From: Naegleria gruberi
Lineage: Eukaryota
Direction: 5' to 3' (one strand)
DNA length: 64,000 nt
NCBI GenBank assembly: GCA_000004985.1
Contig: GG738858.1
A program made the translations under genes and the position numbers. The notes beneath the pieces are model-generated. The model had not been told where the DNA came from. It saw only the letters and a list, made by a program, of their open reading frames with translations, and made no database searches. Positions 10,639-20,188 of the stretch are shown one piece after another. Numbering within the stretch: position 1 is the stretch's first letter; each line of letters opens with the position of its first letter.

Positions 10639-12992
10639 TTATAAATTCCATTCATTTAAAATCATTTCAGCAGCCTTTTCAGCAATAGCAGCAGTAGGAG
10701 CATTAGTATTACCTCTTGGAACATTTGGCATAATAGAAGCATCAACAACTCTTAAATTTTTAACACCTCTAACTTTACAATATTCATCAACTACTGACAT
10801 TTCATCATTTTCAGATCCCATTTTACATGTTGAAGTTGGATGATATAATGTTGTAAACATTTGTGTTAAACATTCTCTAATTTCATCATGTGTTTTATAA
10901 TCGTGTGGAGAACAGAATATAAATTCCTTAACCATACTCTTAAATGGTTCTTGGAGGAAGGTTTTTTGAATTTGAGAAATTCCATCCACCAATACTTTAA
11001 TATCTTGTTCATTTCCAAAATAGTTACCATGTATAATTGGTGAATCATTGGTATCATTGGATCTTAATGAAATATATCCTCTTGCTTTAGGTTGTAAATT
11101 TACAACTCCAATTGAAATACCTATTATTATTATTATTATCATTATTATTATTTAAATAATACATATTAAATAATATTATTAAATATAATTAAATATTAGG
11201 GAAATATTAAATAATACTATTAAATAAAAACATACCATTTTCACCTGGATATTCAATAGAAGCATGATGTACAAAGAAACCAGGAACTGAAACAATTTGT
11301 AAATCATATGGTTGATTATTTTCCTTTGCATATTTTGATTTGAAAAAACCTTGAATATGTGGAGCTCCAACATTAAATAATTTCCATGAATTTGGAATGG
11401 CAGCTGGGAATAATTTTCTCACCATTGAAAATTCTAAGAAATTGAATGAAGATTGCATAATCCATTGAAGTAAATTCCACAAACTTTCATAGGAATGAAG
11501 TGAAGTGTAACCTTCTTTTAATTTACCAATTACAGCTCCTAATAAATGATCATGAAGATTTTTACCAACTCCTTTCAAATTGGATATAATTGGAATGTTG
11601 AATTTCTTTAATTCTTCTTTATCACCAATACCTGATACCATTAATATCTATTATTATAAATATATATTAAATATTAAATATATATTAAATATTATTGTAA
11701 TAATTTTTAAATATATATTATTGTAATATTGTAATATATTGTAAATATTAAATACCTACTTGTGGTGAAGCAATTGAACCTGCTGATGAAATAACTTCCT
11801 TTCTAACATTAATTTTAATTAATTGATTTGTTCTCTTATTTAAATATTCAACACCACTTGCTACATTTTCATTCTTTCCATTTTTAGTAAATAAAATTCT
11901 TTTAACAATACATTCTGTTCTAATTTGTAAATTTGGACGTTTTAATGTTTCTAAATCTAGAAATGCTTCTGCAAGTGAATGTCTTCTACCATTTTCATCA
12001 ATTGAATGATGATGATATGAAACACTTTCTAAAATTGAATGTCCTTCTCCTTTTTCTAATAATTCTTCTTCATTTGGTAATAATTCATTTGGATCTAATA
12101 TTTTTAAAATAAAATTAATAAAAAATATAATTAAAATTAAAAAATTAAAAAATTAATTAAAAAATAAAACTAACCATCTCTAATTGGTATATTTAAACCA
12201 TTACTTAAACTATTAATAATAACACTTGTTAAATTAAAATTAACTAATGGACCAATTTCTTCAATAATATCTTTAGTATGTTTAATTTTCCATTTTCCAT
12301 CAGTGCCATGATATTTTCTATTTATATTTTTACTTAAATGTTTTTCAGATTTTTTAAAATATTTTAACATATCCTTATAGGACCATGATAAATTACCATT
12401 TTTAGAAGTATTATTAAATAATAAATAATTCCATTCATTATAATCTAATGGATGTCCTCTAATATATAAATTAGCATTAACAGATGATGAACCACCAATT
12501 ACTTTACCACGTGGCATGTAAATTTCTCTATTTCTTAATTGAGGTTGTGAAATTGTTTTGTAATCATAGTCAATTGAAGTATTCATTGTAAACTTTGGAA
12601 ATCCAAGTGGAAAATGAATTCCAATTAAATCATTATTTGATACTCCTGATTCTAATACTAAGACTTTAATTTTAGGATTTTCACTTAATCTACTTGATAA
12701 TACACTACCAGCTGTACCACTTTTATTACAATGATAGTATTACAATATTACAATAATATAGTTATTATGATTAGTATTATTGATCAAAATATTAAATAAA
12801 TAAATAAAAATATTAATAAATAAATATAACATACGCTCCAATAATAACATAATCAAAATCAGTTATATTTGATAGAGTAGGATCAGAGTGATACTTTTCA
12901 AATCTATTTTCAACTTTAATATATTGTTGATAGAATAGATAGAGGAATGAAATGATCACTATTAATGAACTAGTAATTAATAATTTTAACAT
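10639..12992 (-). CDS. GMC-family FAD oxidoreductase (choline dehydrogenase-like) with N-terminal membrane anchor; 5 exons
   Basis: Manual model on the minus strand: 12835..12992, 12175..12719, 11760..12094, 11236..11647, 10639..11120; 643 aa. Introns are GTATGT, GTTAGT, GTAGGT, GTATGT ... AG, and all restore frame. N-terminal FAD motif DFDYVIIGA|GTAGSVLSSRLSENPKIKVLVLESG spans intron 1. Central ...EVISSAGSIASPQ|ILMVSGIGDKEEL spans intron 3. C-terminal YHPTSTCKMGSEND...VDASIMPNVPRGNTNAPTAAIAEKAAEMIL carries the GMC active-site His. The N-terminal 25 aa (MLKLLITSSLIVIISFLYLFY) are hydrophobic. Confidence 0.75.
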
Positions 12993-13351
12993 TTTTTTTT
13001 TAAAAACACTACATCCAACAATAACATCAACAACAAGGCTATTTGATGATCATGTTTAACAATGTTGTTGAAGAATCCTCACTACTGTAATGAAAATTGT
13101 GAATCACTAAAATGCACATGAAATAAGATGTGTTGAAACAATTTTGGATGATAGGACCAAATGAAGGTGAATTGTCAAACTATAATTTCATCTAAAAGTT
13201 AATTCATTTCACTTTTAGTTGTGTTAATAGTTCACTTTATAACATTACATGTTCTCTATATTCTTCTCATTCAATCCATTCAATATTCATTCAATATATA
13301 TTCAAATTGTAGTTGAGATGAATTTAAAAAAACAATAATTATTATTATTAT

Positions 13352-15433
13352 TTATTGACTACCAGTCTTGGCAAAATCATTAAAACCACCCAATAAAGAA
13401 TCAGGAATAAATTCATAAGTTGAAATCTTTTCAGCCATTTCAATTAAATCAAAAGCAATATCTTGTGTAATGACACTATCTTTTTGATAATTTTGATGAT
13501 TTCTAATAAATTGTCTAATAAAAGCAGCATTAGTTTGTAATTTACCACTTGCTCTCAAACTAACTAAATTTAAATATCTTTCCAATTTAATTCTATCATT
13601 AACTTCAACATGCATTTGATCAAGATATTTTCTAACAAGAGGAATTAATCCAATAAATTTCTTATCTTGTTCTTGAACACCATTCATAATTTCATTAATT
13701 GTTAATTCCTTTGTACATTTAGAAAAAGTTTCAGATGAAATTTTAGAATTCAAATCAGAATCTAAACAAGTTCTAAATGAAAACTTTTGATTCAATACAG
13801 CATCTCTTAAATGTGCCTTTTTCATATTTTCATCAACTTGTGAAAGTGGCATTAACATGTTCAATTTGAATGATAAAATAGCACGTGTTAATAAAACAAT
13901 AAAAACTGTAAATGCAGCATTTTCAAAATCAGTTAATTGAACTTCCATAACTCTAAATTCAACTCTCCATCCAATTGATGAATTTGGACCTGGAGGTGGT
14001 TTAAATCTAACAGTTTGCCAATTGGTTGATTGTAAATTTTCAAAATGAACAGATTCATTTTCATCATCAACTTGTTTACAATCAGTAAATATAACAAGTG
14101 GATCACGTATAAAGTAATGTGCAATATGTCTTGATAATTGTTCATCAATATTATTTTCACGTAAAGTATTATATGATTGTTCATCAATTTCAATTTCCAA
14201 ATCACTAAATTGTTTTGCTTGTTCATTTTCACCAATATATAAACTAATTGAATCATATCTACTTTTAGAAATTGTATTATTTTCTTCATCTCTTCTATCA
14301 TCAACACTTGCACTAACAATATTCCATCGTACATCTGTATCTGCTAATAATCCACGTGCCATTGGTGTTGCTGCTGTGAGTGCTAACATTATTGGACATA
14401 AAACTGCCATTTGATCATATAAATTACGTGCTTCATGAATATCACGTGCTAATAATGTACTTTGCATACAACAACATCCCATTCCAAATGCCATTGCATC
14501 CATATGAATAAAATGTTCAAAATCTGTTATCAATCTTTGTGCATATGAAGATGAAAGTACTTGTTCCTTCTTTTGTTGAATAATTTCATCAATATTTGGA
14601 TATAAATTTGTTAGAGTTGATGAACTAGTTGTTGAAGAAGATGTAATATTATCCAAATGATGAACTTGTTTACCAATATTAACATTAGTATTTTCATCAA
14701 TATATAATGGTACTAGAATGTTAACATTTTTACCTCTTCTCAATCTGATATTTCTAGTTAGAGTACCAAATCTTGGATGTTCATTTGTAATAATATCTGG
14801 AATGTATGGTGATCTTGCAATTGGTCCATTAAAAGTTAACATTTCATTACTTTCATCATCACTTAATGGTAAAATATCACCAATCTTATTAAATTGACTC
14901 TTATTAATATCACTATTCAATACTTTACTTGTTGCACCTAATAATGGAAATAAAGACATTGTAATAACAGAATTTGTAACATTTGGTGATTTGAATTGTT
15001 GTAAAATCTTTGGAACAATTGATTGTGCAATCATTCTTCTTTTTTGCATTGATTCTTCACATTTCAAATAACAAGAAATACATCCTTCATATGGAAAGAA
15101 AGGTGTACCTTCTAACATAAATCTACCATATTCTGGTTTCCAACTTGCTAATGGTGCTTGTGTTATCAATTTTGAATTAAAATCTTCTTCTTCTTTCATT
15201 AAAACATCTAATACTTGTTTAGCATGTAATGATAAATAAACTTGACGTGATTCGGAATCTTTTTCTAACAATAAATATTCAATTTCATCTCCCCATTTCA
15301 ATTCTTTATCAGTTCTATCTTTTACCTTGTTATAAATTATTATAAATTGTTTAATACCATGTTCTTTTACATAGTCAATTAATGAAAGTGCATCAGTCCA
15401 CTTGAGTGGTGTACCTGCTTTTAATAATCCCAT
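13352..15433 (-). CDS. GCLC: Glutamate-cysteine ligase catalytic subunit (gamma-glutamylcysteine synthetase)
   Basis: Intronless 693-aa ORF collinear with metazoan GCLC: MGLLKAGTPLKW, KWGDEIEY, HPRFGTLTRNIR, HMDAMAFGMGCCCMQ, DVRWNIVSASVDDR, HFENLQSTNWQTVRFKPPP, IGWRVEFRVMEVQLTDFENAAF, KDSVIT. Confidence 0.9.
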   Translation of the reverse strand: MGLLKAGTPLKWTDALSLIDYVKEHGIKQFIIIYNKVKDRTDKELKWGDEIEYLLLEKDSESRQVYLSLHAKQVLDVLMKEEEDFNSKLITQAPLASWKPEYGRFMLEGTPFFPYEGCISCYLKCEESMQKRRMIAQSIVPKILQQFKSPNVTNSVITMSLFPLLGATSKVLNSDINKSQFNKIGDILPLSDDESNEMLTFNGPIARSPYIPDIITNEHPRFGTLTRNIRLRRGKNVNILVPLYIDENTNVNIGKQVHHLDNITSSSTTSSSTLTNLYPNIDEIIQQKKEQVLSSSYAQRLITDFEHFIHMDAMAFGMGCCCMQSTLLARDIHEARNLYDQMAVLCPIMLALTAATPMARGLLADTDVRWNIVSASVDDRRDEENNTISKSRYDSISLYIGENEQAKQFSDLEIEIDEQSYNTLRENNIDEQLSRHIAHYFIRDPLVIFTDCKQVDDENESVHFENLQSTNWQTVRFKPPPGPNSSIGWRVEFRVMEVQLTDFENAAFTVFIVLLTRAILSFKLNMLMPLSQVDENMKKAHLRDAVLNQKFSFRTCLDSDLNSKISSETFSKCTKELTINEIMNGVQEQDKKFIGLIPLVRKYLDQMHVEVNDRIKLERYLNLVSLRASGKLQTNAAFIRQFIRNHQNYQKDSVITQDIAFDLIEMAEKISTYEFIPDSLLGGFNDFAKTGSQ

Positions 15434-15677
15434 TTTGATGTAATTGATATATTGTTGTTTGTTGTATTGTTGATAGAATTAGCCTTCTCTCTTTCTTCTT
15501 TAATATATATGAAATAGTATATAATAATAGTATATTATTGTATTTGATGATATTTATCTATTGTGTCTTCTCCTTCTCTATCCTATGATGAATAGTAGTA
15601 AAAAGGCTAGAAATGATGAAGGATAACCAAATCTCTCTCGAGGTTTTTTTTAATGAATGAACGCAGAGAATATTCCA

Positions 15678-15691
15678 AGCCTTGGAGACGG
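15678..15691 (+). repeat. Left terminal inverted repeat candidate (GCCTTGGAGACGG)
   Basis: Pairs with 20104-20121 in inverted orientation, 11/12 core identity. Confidence 0.4.
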
Positions 15692-15860
15692 CTATTATGG
15701 TTAATTGTGGATTATTATCGCAAAATTCTGGCAAAAAATATTTTTTTTTAATTACGGATTTGAATTATGGAAGTATTACATTAGGTATTATGACGTGAAG
15801 AATTTTAATAAAATTATGTGAATTATTACAAATAAAAATTACAGTTTTTATTAGATTATT
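15690..15860 (+). repeat. Left subterminal motif array: at least 6 copies of (A)ATTA(T/C)G(G/A) in about 170 bp
   Basis: ctATTATGGtt, aATTACGGat, aATTATGGaag, tATTATGAcgtg, aATTATGTg, aATTATTAcaa. Denser than expected, and mirrored by a similar array at the other element end. Confidence 0.45.
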
Positions 15861-15909
15861 TATTATTGTTTTATTTTGAAATTAATTAACTGAAAATTAT
15901 TGCCAGTAT

Positions 15910-18564
15910 TTATTGGTAATAATTCATACAGAATGAAAATTGATTGAGAGCAATAAGACCTGGAAATCTGATTACACTGCACACGCTATTAATCTTTGAA
16001 AGAGGAATTACTGAAGTGGCAACTGAGTGAATGAATAGTTTGTACATTAATGATACATAACACAACTCTCCAAGCGTAAAAATTTCATCACAACAAACAA
16101 CATTATCCCCTAATTGAGATATCTTCCCAATAAATCTATCGAATTGAATATACATTCCAACCTTAAGTGATGATTTTCTAGCAACATCAAGTGTTTTACC
16201 AACTAATCGTCTTGTAAATGGATAATCTGCAAATAATGTATTCATTCCAACTTCATGTTGCAACCCTCTAACTTCAAGTAATTTGTTATTACTTCTATCA
16301 TTAAATTGTTTGAATTCAGAATGTTTCAATTCAAAAATCAACGCCCAAAACCATGTAACATCCCCAAAAAGTACACAATCTTCAAAAATGTGCGTTGCCC
16401 AATGATAATTCGGAAATTGGCAATTATCTTTGCCAAAACAATATGTAAAAATGGATTGAAATTTTGTAAATACTTTTTCACAATACACAATATCATCATG
16501 AGTATAATTCCCCCTTAATAACCTTATAAAATATTGTAAGTGAAGAATCCATCCTTGATAGAGTAATCCTTTTTTAGAAGAATCTATTTTCAACTTTTGA
16601 TTATTATTGTAAATTAATTCACAAATAATAGGAGCACTCATAATAATAAAATCTAACATTGAAATACCTGAAAGAGTGTCAATATCCATTCTTAATTCAA
16701 GCTTTTTTCCATTTGGAAGAGTATACTTTGTTGATATTTCAATTAAATCATCCATAGCAGTCGCATATTCTAATGCTTGTACAAGTAATTTGAGATGTTT
16801 TCGAAATAATCCTTGAATTTCTAAATGAAAGAAATCAACTACAGATCTACGATACGGATCTATCATTATTTGAGTAACAAATCTTGATTTGATGAATGTT
16901 TTGACAATTAATTGATTCATCAATTGTTTTCTTTTGTTTGTTGACATTTGCTTACTTTTGAATCTCTCCTCTTCCCAAGTTTGTTCTTTTACACCTTTCC
17001 TTGCAATTCTATTTTGTTTAGAATCTGCAATTTTAGGTAATTCTGATAATTTCTCAACAATATCTTTCATTTCTGAATGTTCTCTCCTTTTAAATGTGTG
17101 TACACATGTTGGATTAAACGCGGATGCACCCATTAAATCTGTTGGTGTTTTGTCAAGGTTGTCTGACGCATCTAAACATCTGGAACATTCATTTTTCATA
17201 AGTGCTAAACATTTCAATCTTTCAGGTGTATCTAATAAAAATCCCATACAGCAAATGAATAGCTTAATATCTTCTCCTGTAGTTGGATGTTTCACTGTAA
17301 TGATTTTACCATCATGATTTTCAAAATCTTGAATAATTGAATCAGTCATTTTCCAAAATCCTTCATTACTCCATGAAAAACCGTTTACACGAATTGCGCT
17401 TAAACTTGACATGAAATCTGAATCAAAATTGTAACTTGTGAAATAGGAGGCGCATGTTGACTTGGTTTTTGTTCTGAATTTAGCAAAATCATCAAAATAT
17501 TCTAAAACTAGAAATGGAAATGCATCTTCAGGGCATTTAGCAAGGTATTCACCAAATATTTTTGAAAAGTAAGGTTGATTTTCTTTCTTTTGTATATTCT
17601 TTTTTTCAAAATATTCTTTTCGTGTTAAGCACATGTGTTTTGTGATTGCTTGATCTTTCAACAACAATTTCAAATTATTCTCAAATGAAATTGCTGCAAA
17701 TCCATCCTCTTGTTTGTATTCAAAATTGATCATTGCTTTTTTCCTTTCGAGTAATGTATCGTAACAAGGAATTTCGTTAAAAGTTGATTCAGGGACCATG
17801 TATTTGAACATATCTCTAAGGAAATCGTACCCACTTTTACACAATTTGAAATGATTAACCAAAATATAACAGTATATTTCTTCTTTTGATTGAAATACAC
17901 CCTTTCCATTCACATCTTTTAAAATTTCACACCCCAAATCATATGGTAGCTCTTTAAAAACAAAATTTCCAATTTTTTCACATTTTACATCCGATTCTTT
18001 GTGAAATATTTCTGAAACTGGAAAATAAAGAGTGTCAATTATTGAAAAGGGAGTTTCAATTGTATTAGCAAATCCGAAAATACTACCTTCAGCTAAAACT
18101 TGTTGTGAGTGAATTCCGTTTTGTTTTAGCTTCTTCTGTTGCGATTCGTATTCAGTCAGCTTTGGTAATCTACTGTCTTTAGATTTTAGCAAATGTGTAC
18201 AATGTGAATTAATAATGTGAGTGTAACAATTTTCACTGTTCATGATAAAATTACAACAATTAAATCTTGATACAGTATCTATCTTTGCAAGAGAACAATT
18301 TCCCTTAGAACATCTATTAAGATGCTTTTTTAATAAATCTCCCTTTGTAAATGTTTGACAACAAAAAGGACAGACCCAGCGTTTTGTTTGACAATCACGA
18401 CATGAAGAACATAAACTTAAATCAAATGAAGATTTTGCACATTCATACACATAGTACTCTTCCTCTTTTTGACATTTATCGCATTTTGTTGCTTTTGTGA
18501 GAAAATCAAGGGATACATTGTTACCAGGTTTTTGTGTAATCATTTTTTTAGCATTGTAAACCAT
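15910..18564 (-). CDS. TNP2/En-Spm-like (Transposase_21, KDZ-superfamily) transposase with N-terminal Cys-rich (CxC-type) zinc-binding region
   Basis: Long intronless ORF: 895 aa from the ORF-track TTG, 883 aa from the first in-frame ATG at 18564 (an in-frame TGA lies upstream). N-terminus has 17 Cys in 100 aa (CDKCQK..C..CSSCRDC..WVCPFCCQ..C..C). Central region PFLVLEYFDDFAKFRTKTKSTCASYFTSYNFD matches the TNP2 core LGL.TDGFNPF....S.YS.WP..LT.YNLP. GEDIKLFICCMGFLLDTPERLKCLALMKNECSRC matches the following conserved block ending C..C. C-terminal HWATHIFEDCVLFGDVTWFWALIFELKHSEFKQFNDRSNNKL resembles the DUF4218-like tail (H....D..LFG.V...W.F.FER....K....R..NK). No poly-N/Q tracts, unlike host genes. 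Confidence 0.6.
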   Translation of the reverse strand: MVYNAKKMITQKPGNNVSLDFLTKATKCDKCQKEEEYYVYECAKSSFDLSLCSSCRDCQTKRWVCPFCCQTFTKGDLLKKHLNRCSKGNCSLAKIDTVSRFNCCNFIMNSENCYTHIINSHCTHLLKSKDSRLPKLTEYESQQKKLKQNGIHSQQVLAEGSIFGFANTIETPFSIIDTLYFPVSEIFHKESDVKCEKIGNFVFKELPYDLGCEILKDVNGKGVFQSKEEIYCYILVNHFKLCKSGYDFLRDMFKYMVPESTFNEIPCYDTLLERKKAMINFEYKQEDGFAAISFENNLKLLLKDQAITKHMCLTRKEYFEKKNIQKKENQPYFSKIFGEYLAKCPEDAFPFLVLEYFDDFAKFRTKTKSTCASYFTSYNFDSDFMSSLSAIRVNGFSWSNEGFWKMTDSIIQDFENHDGKIITVKHPTTGEDIKLFICCMGFLLDTPERLKCLALMKNECSRCLDASDNLDKTPTDLMGASAFNPTCVHTFKRREHSEMKDIVEKLSELPKIADSKQNRIARKGVKEQTWEEERFKSKQMSTNKRKQLMNQLIVKTFIKSRFVTQIMIDPYRRSVVDFFHLEIQGLFRKHLKLLVQALEYATAMDDLIEISTKYTLPNGKKLELRMDIDTLSGISMLDFIIMSAPIICELIYNNNQKLKIDSSKKGLLYQGWILHLQYFIRLLRGNYTHDDIVYCEKVFTKFQSIFTYCFGKDNCQFPNYHWATHIFEDCVLFGDVTWFWALIFELKHSEFKQFNDRSNNKLLEVRGLQHEVGMNTLFADYPFTRRLVGKTLDVARKSSLKVGMYIQFDRFIGKISQLGDNVVCCDEIFTLGELCYVSLMYKLFIHSVATSVIPLSKINSVCSVIRFPGLIALNQFSFCMNYYQ

Positions 18565-18674
18565 ATGAAATTCTACCAAATAGTGGTTATTTTTCAATGT
18601 ATTCCACCAAACACAAAATCATTACGTAATAATTTCGTATTGTAAATTATTAAAAAAAAACCATCCAAAACATA

Positions 18675-19379
18675 ATGTTAAGTACAACAACATCTATTAC
18701 AAATTCCACCGTAACACCTCCCAAAAAACGAAAAAAAGAGGTGGAGAAAAGAAAAACGACAAAGACACACCACCAAAAACTGTCTTATTGTACAAGTCTT
18801 GTTCCTGACAACTTTGTCACCTTGTTGAAACCTTTGCAAGATAGATACTTGGAAATTATTAATGAAACCAACGTTAGCTATTATTCCTTGGTAAGTAATT
18901 AATTGATTTTGTTACAATTTCCAAAGAAACTAAGAGCAGACTCTGACATAGAAATACAACAAGTAGCTGCAACATCATTGGTGGCAGTAACAAATTTTTT
19001 TGCTAACAATGCACAAATTCAAAGTTTAAAAAATAATTGTGAAAAAGATGAAAAACAATTTAATTTAATCGTAAGTTAGATTATAATAGCTAATAGTTTG
19101 TTTAATTTTACTGTTCAGATTGATGAAATAGTGTTGAACTGTTGCCGAGCTTATAAGAGCAACAAGAAGAAGAATTTGAAACGAAAGCAAGTAGAAAAAA
19201 CACGTGATTCTGGTAAGAAATTTGCAGTAGAAGATGAGGCAATAATTTATGAACAAGATGATCAATATAAAGCTTATAGAGATAAATTATCCGAACCAAC
19301 TAAAAACAAAAAAACTAAAATTGATAGTTCTATGGCTGTAGATATGGTTTGTTATCAACTTTTAATTCAAATATTCCAA

Positions 19380-19410
<31 letters not shown>

Positions 19411-19415
19411 TCTAA
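18675..19415 (+). CDS. Element-internal ORF2: small basic nuclear protein; 3 exons
   Basis: Exons 18675..18890, 18927..19070, 19119..19415, about 218 aa. Both introns begin GTAAGT and end ...CAAAG / ...TTCAG, and both restore frame. N-terminus is T/S-rich followed by PPKKRKKEVEKRKTTK (classic basic NLS), with a second K-rich block (KSNKKKNLKRKQVEK). C-terminus ends in a poly-Tyr run encoded by (ATT)9 read in the TAT frame, so the last exon boundary is uncertain. Transcribed divergently from the transposase from a 110-bp shared region. Confidence 0.4.
19381..19407 (+). repeat. (ATT)9 microsatellite
   Basis: Perfect 27-nt trinucleotide repeat at the 3' end of ORF2. Confidence 0.9.
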
Positions 19416-19974
19416 TTTCCGAATTTAATTAATTTCCAAATTTAATTCCACAATCACGTAAGTTACACTGAAGTTTTCAATTTTTCAATAATTCAATAAT
19501 TCAATATTGAATATTAATTTCCTTAGTTAATTGGTCAACTAATTCTGTTGCCTTTGGAGTCACTTCACAGTCAATTCACTCAATTCCAACACATAACTCT
19601 TTCATCTTCATGTTCATCTGTTGCAACAACAGAAACTACAGTCATTTCCCTTTGTACAGTTCCCATTGTTTCAATATTTGTTAGTTTCTGTGTAATTTGC
19701 TTTACTGTAAATAATCAAATAAATCAAATTCAATTAAAATTAAATATATTTCATAATTTTACAAAATAATTAGGTCAAAAATCTATCGTAAATTCTGTAA
19801 TAATTATTCCAATATATTTACATAATTATTCCATATTAAATTCATAATGTTAATACAATTATTACGTAATTTAATTAATAATTACCTCGTAATAATATCC
19901 GTAATAAATCCAATATTTTTGCCTGGAAATGACAAATCCGGTTGTGAATTGCTGTATAATTATATGATAATTCC

Positions 19975-20100
19975 GAAGAGATTATGATGTGATTGTGTAT
20001 TTTTTTTGGTTTTTATTACGGGAAAATTACGTCAAAATTATGGTGTATTCTGGTTTGATTATGAGCAAATTATGTTAAAATTAAATTAATGATTATGGCA
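19975..20100 (+). repeat. Right subterminal motif array: at least 7 copies of (A)ATTA(T/C)G(G/A) in about 125 bp
   Basis: gATTATGAtgtg, tATTACGGg, aATTACGTc, aATTATGGtg, gATTATGAgc, aATTATGTt, gATTATGGc. Same orientation as the left array. Module-level similarity to the left array, for example T-run followed by ATTACGG, and ATTCTGG. Confidence 0.45.
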
Positions 20101-20103
20101 AAA

Positions 20104-20121
20104 CCGTCTCCTAGGAGGCAT
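20104..20121 (-). repeat. Right terminal inverted repeat candidate (revcomp GCCTCCTAGGAGACGG)
   Basis: Inverted copy of the 15678-15691 motif with a 3-nt insertion (CCT). Confidence 0.4.
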
Positions 20122-20164
20122 GGCTGGTTACGTGTTGGAATGCTTAAAGGTAGTGGAGTCATTA

Positions 20165-20188
20165 TTAAGTGAGTGCGTACTCACTTAA
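20165..20188. repeat. Perfect hairpin / palindrome TTAAGTGAGT-gcgt-ACTCACTTAA
   Basis: 10-bp inverted repeat with 4-nt spacer, 44 bp outside the right TIR candidate and about 470 bp upstream of the NAA15 start. Relatively GC-rich for this intergenic region. Confidence 0.6.

Larger units (their letters stand above)
15678..20121. mobile_element. Candidate autonomous DNA transposon of the TNP2 (En/Spm-like)/KDZ class, about 4.4 kb, inserted between the divergent GCLC and NAA15 genes
   Basis: Bounded by an imperfect inverted repeat: left 15680-15691 CCTTGGAGACGG, right (revcomp of 20104-20115) CCTAGGAGACGG, 11/12 identical and each preceded by GCCT. Both ends have internal arrays of AATTA(T/C)GG motifs. 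Two divergently oriented ORFs inside: a Transposase_21-like protein and a small NLS protein. Target-site duplication and exact ends could not be fixed by eye. Confidence 0.45.

Noticed and set aside
10866-11373. ORFs 10866..11057 (-) and 11179..11373 (-) inside the GMC gene
   Set aside because: Alternative-frame or intron read-throughs. The 5-exon model accounts for this span.
13933-14334. 133-aa minus-strand ORF inside GCLC
   Set aside because: Different frame of the same strand within a highly conserved CDS. An AT-rich frame artefact.
16306-17317. Plus-strand ORFs 16306..16518 and 16934..17317 antisense to the transposase ORF
   Set aside because: Antisense to a 2.7-kb ORF with clear family similarity. 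No motifs.
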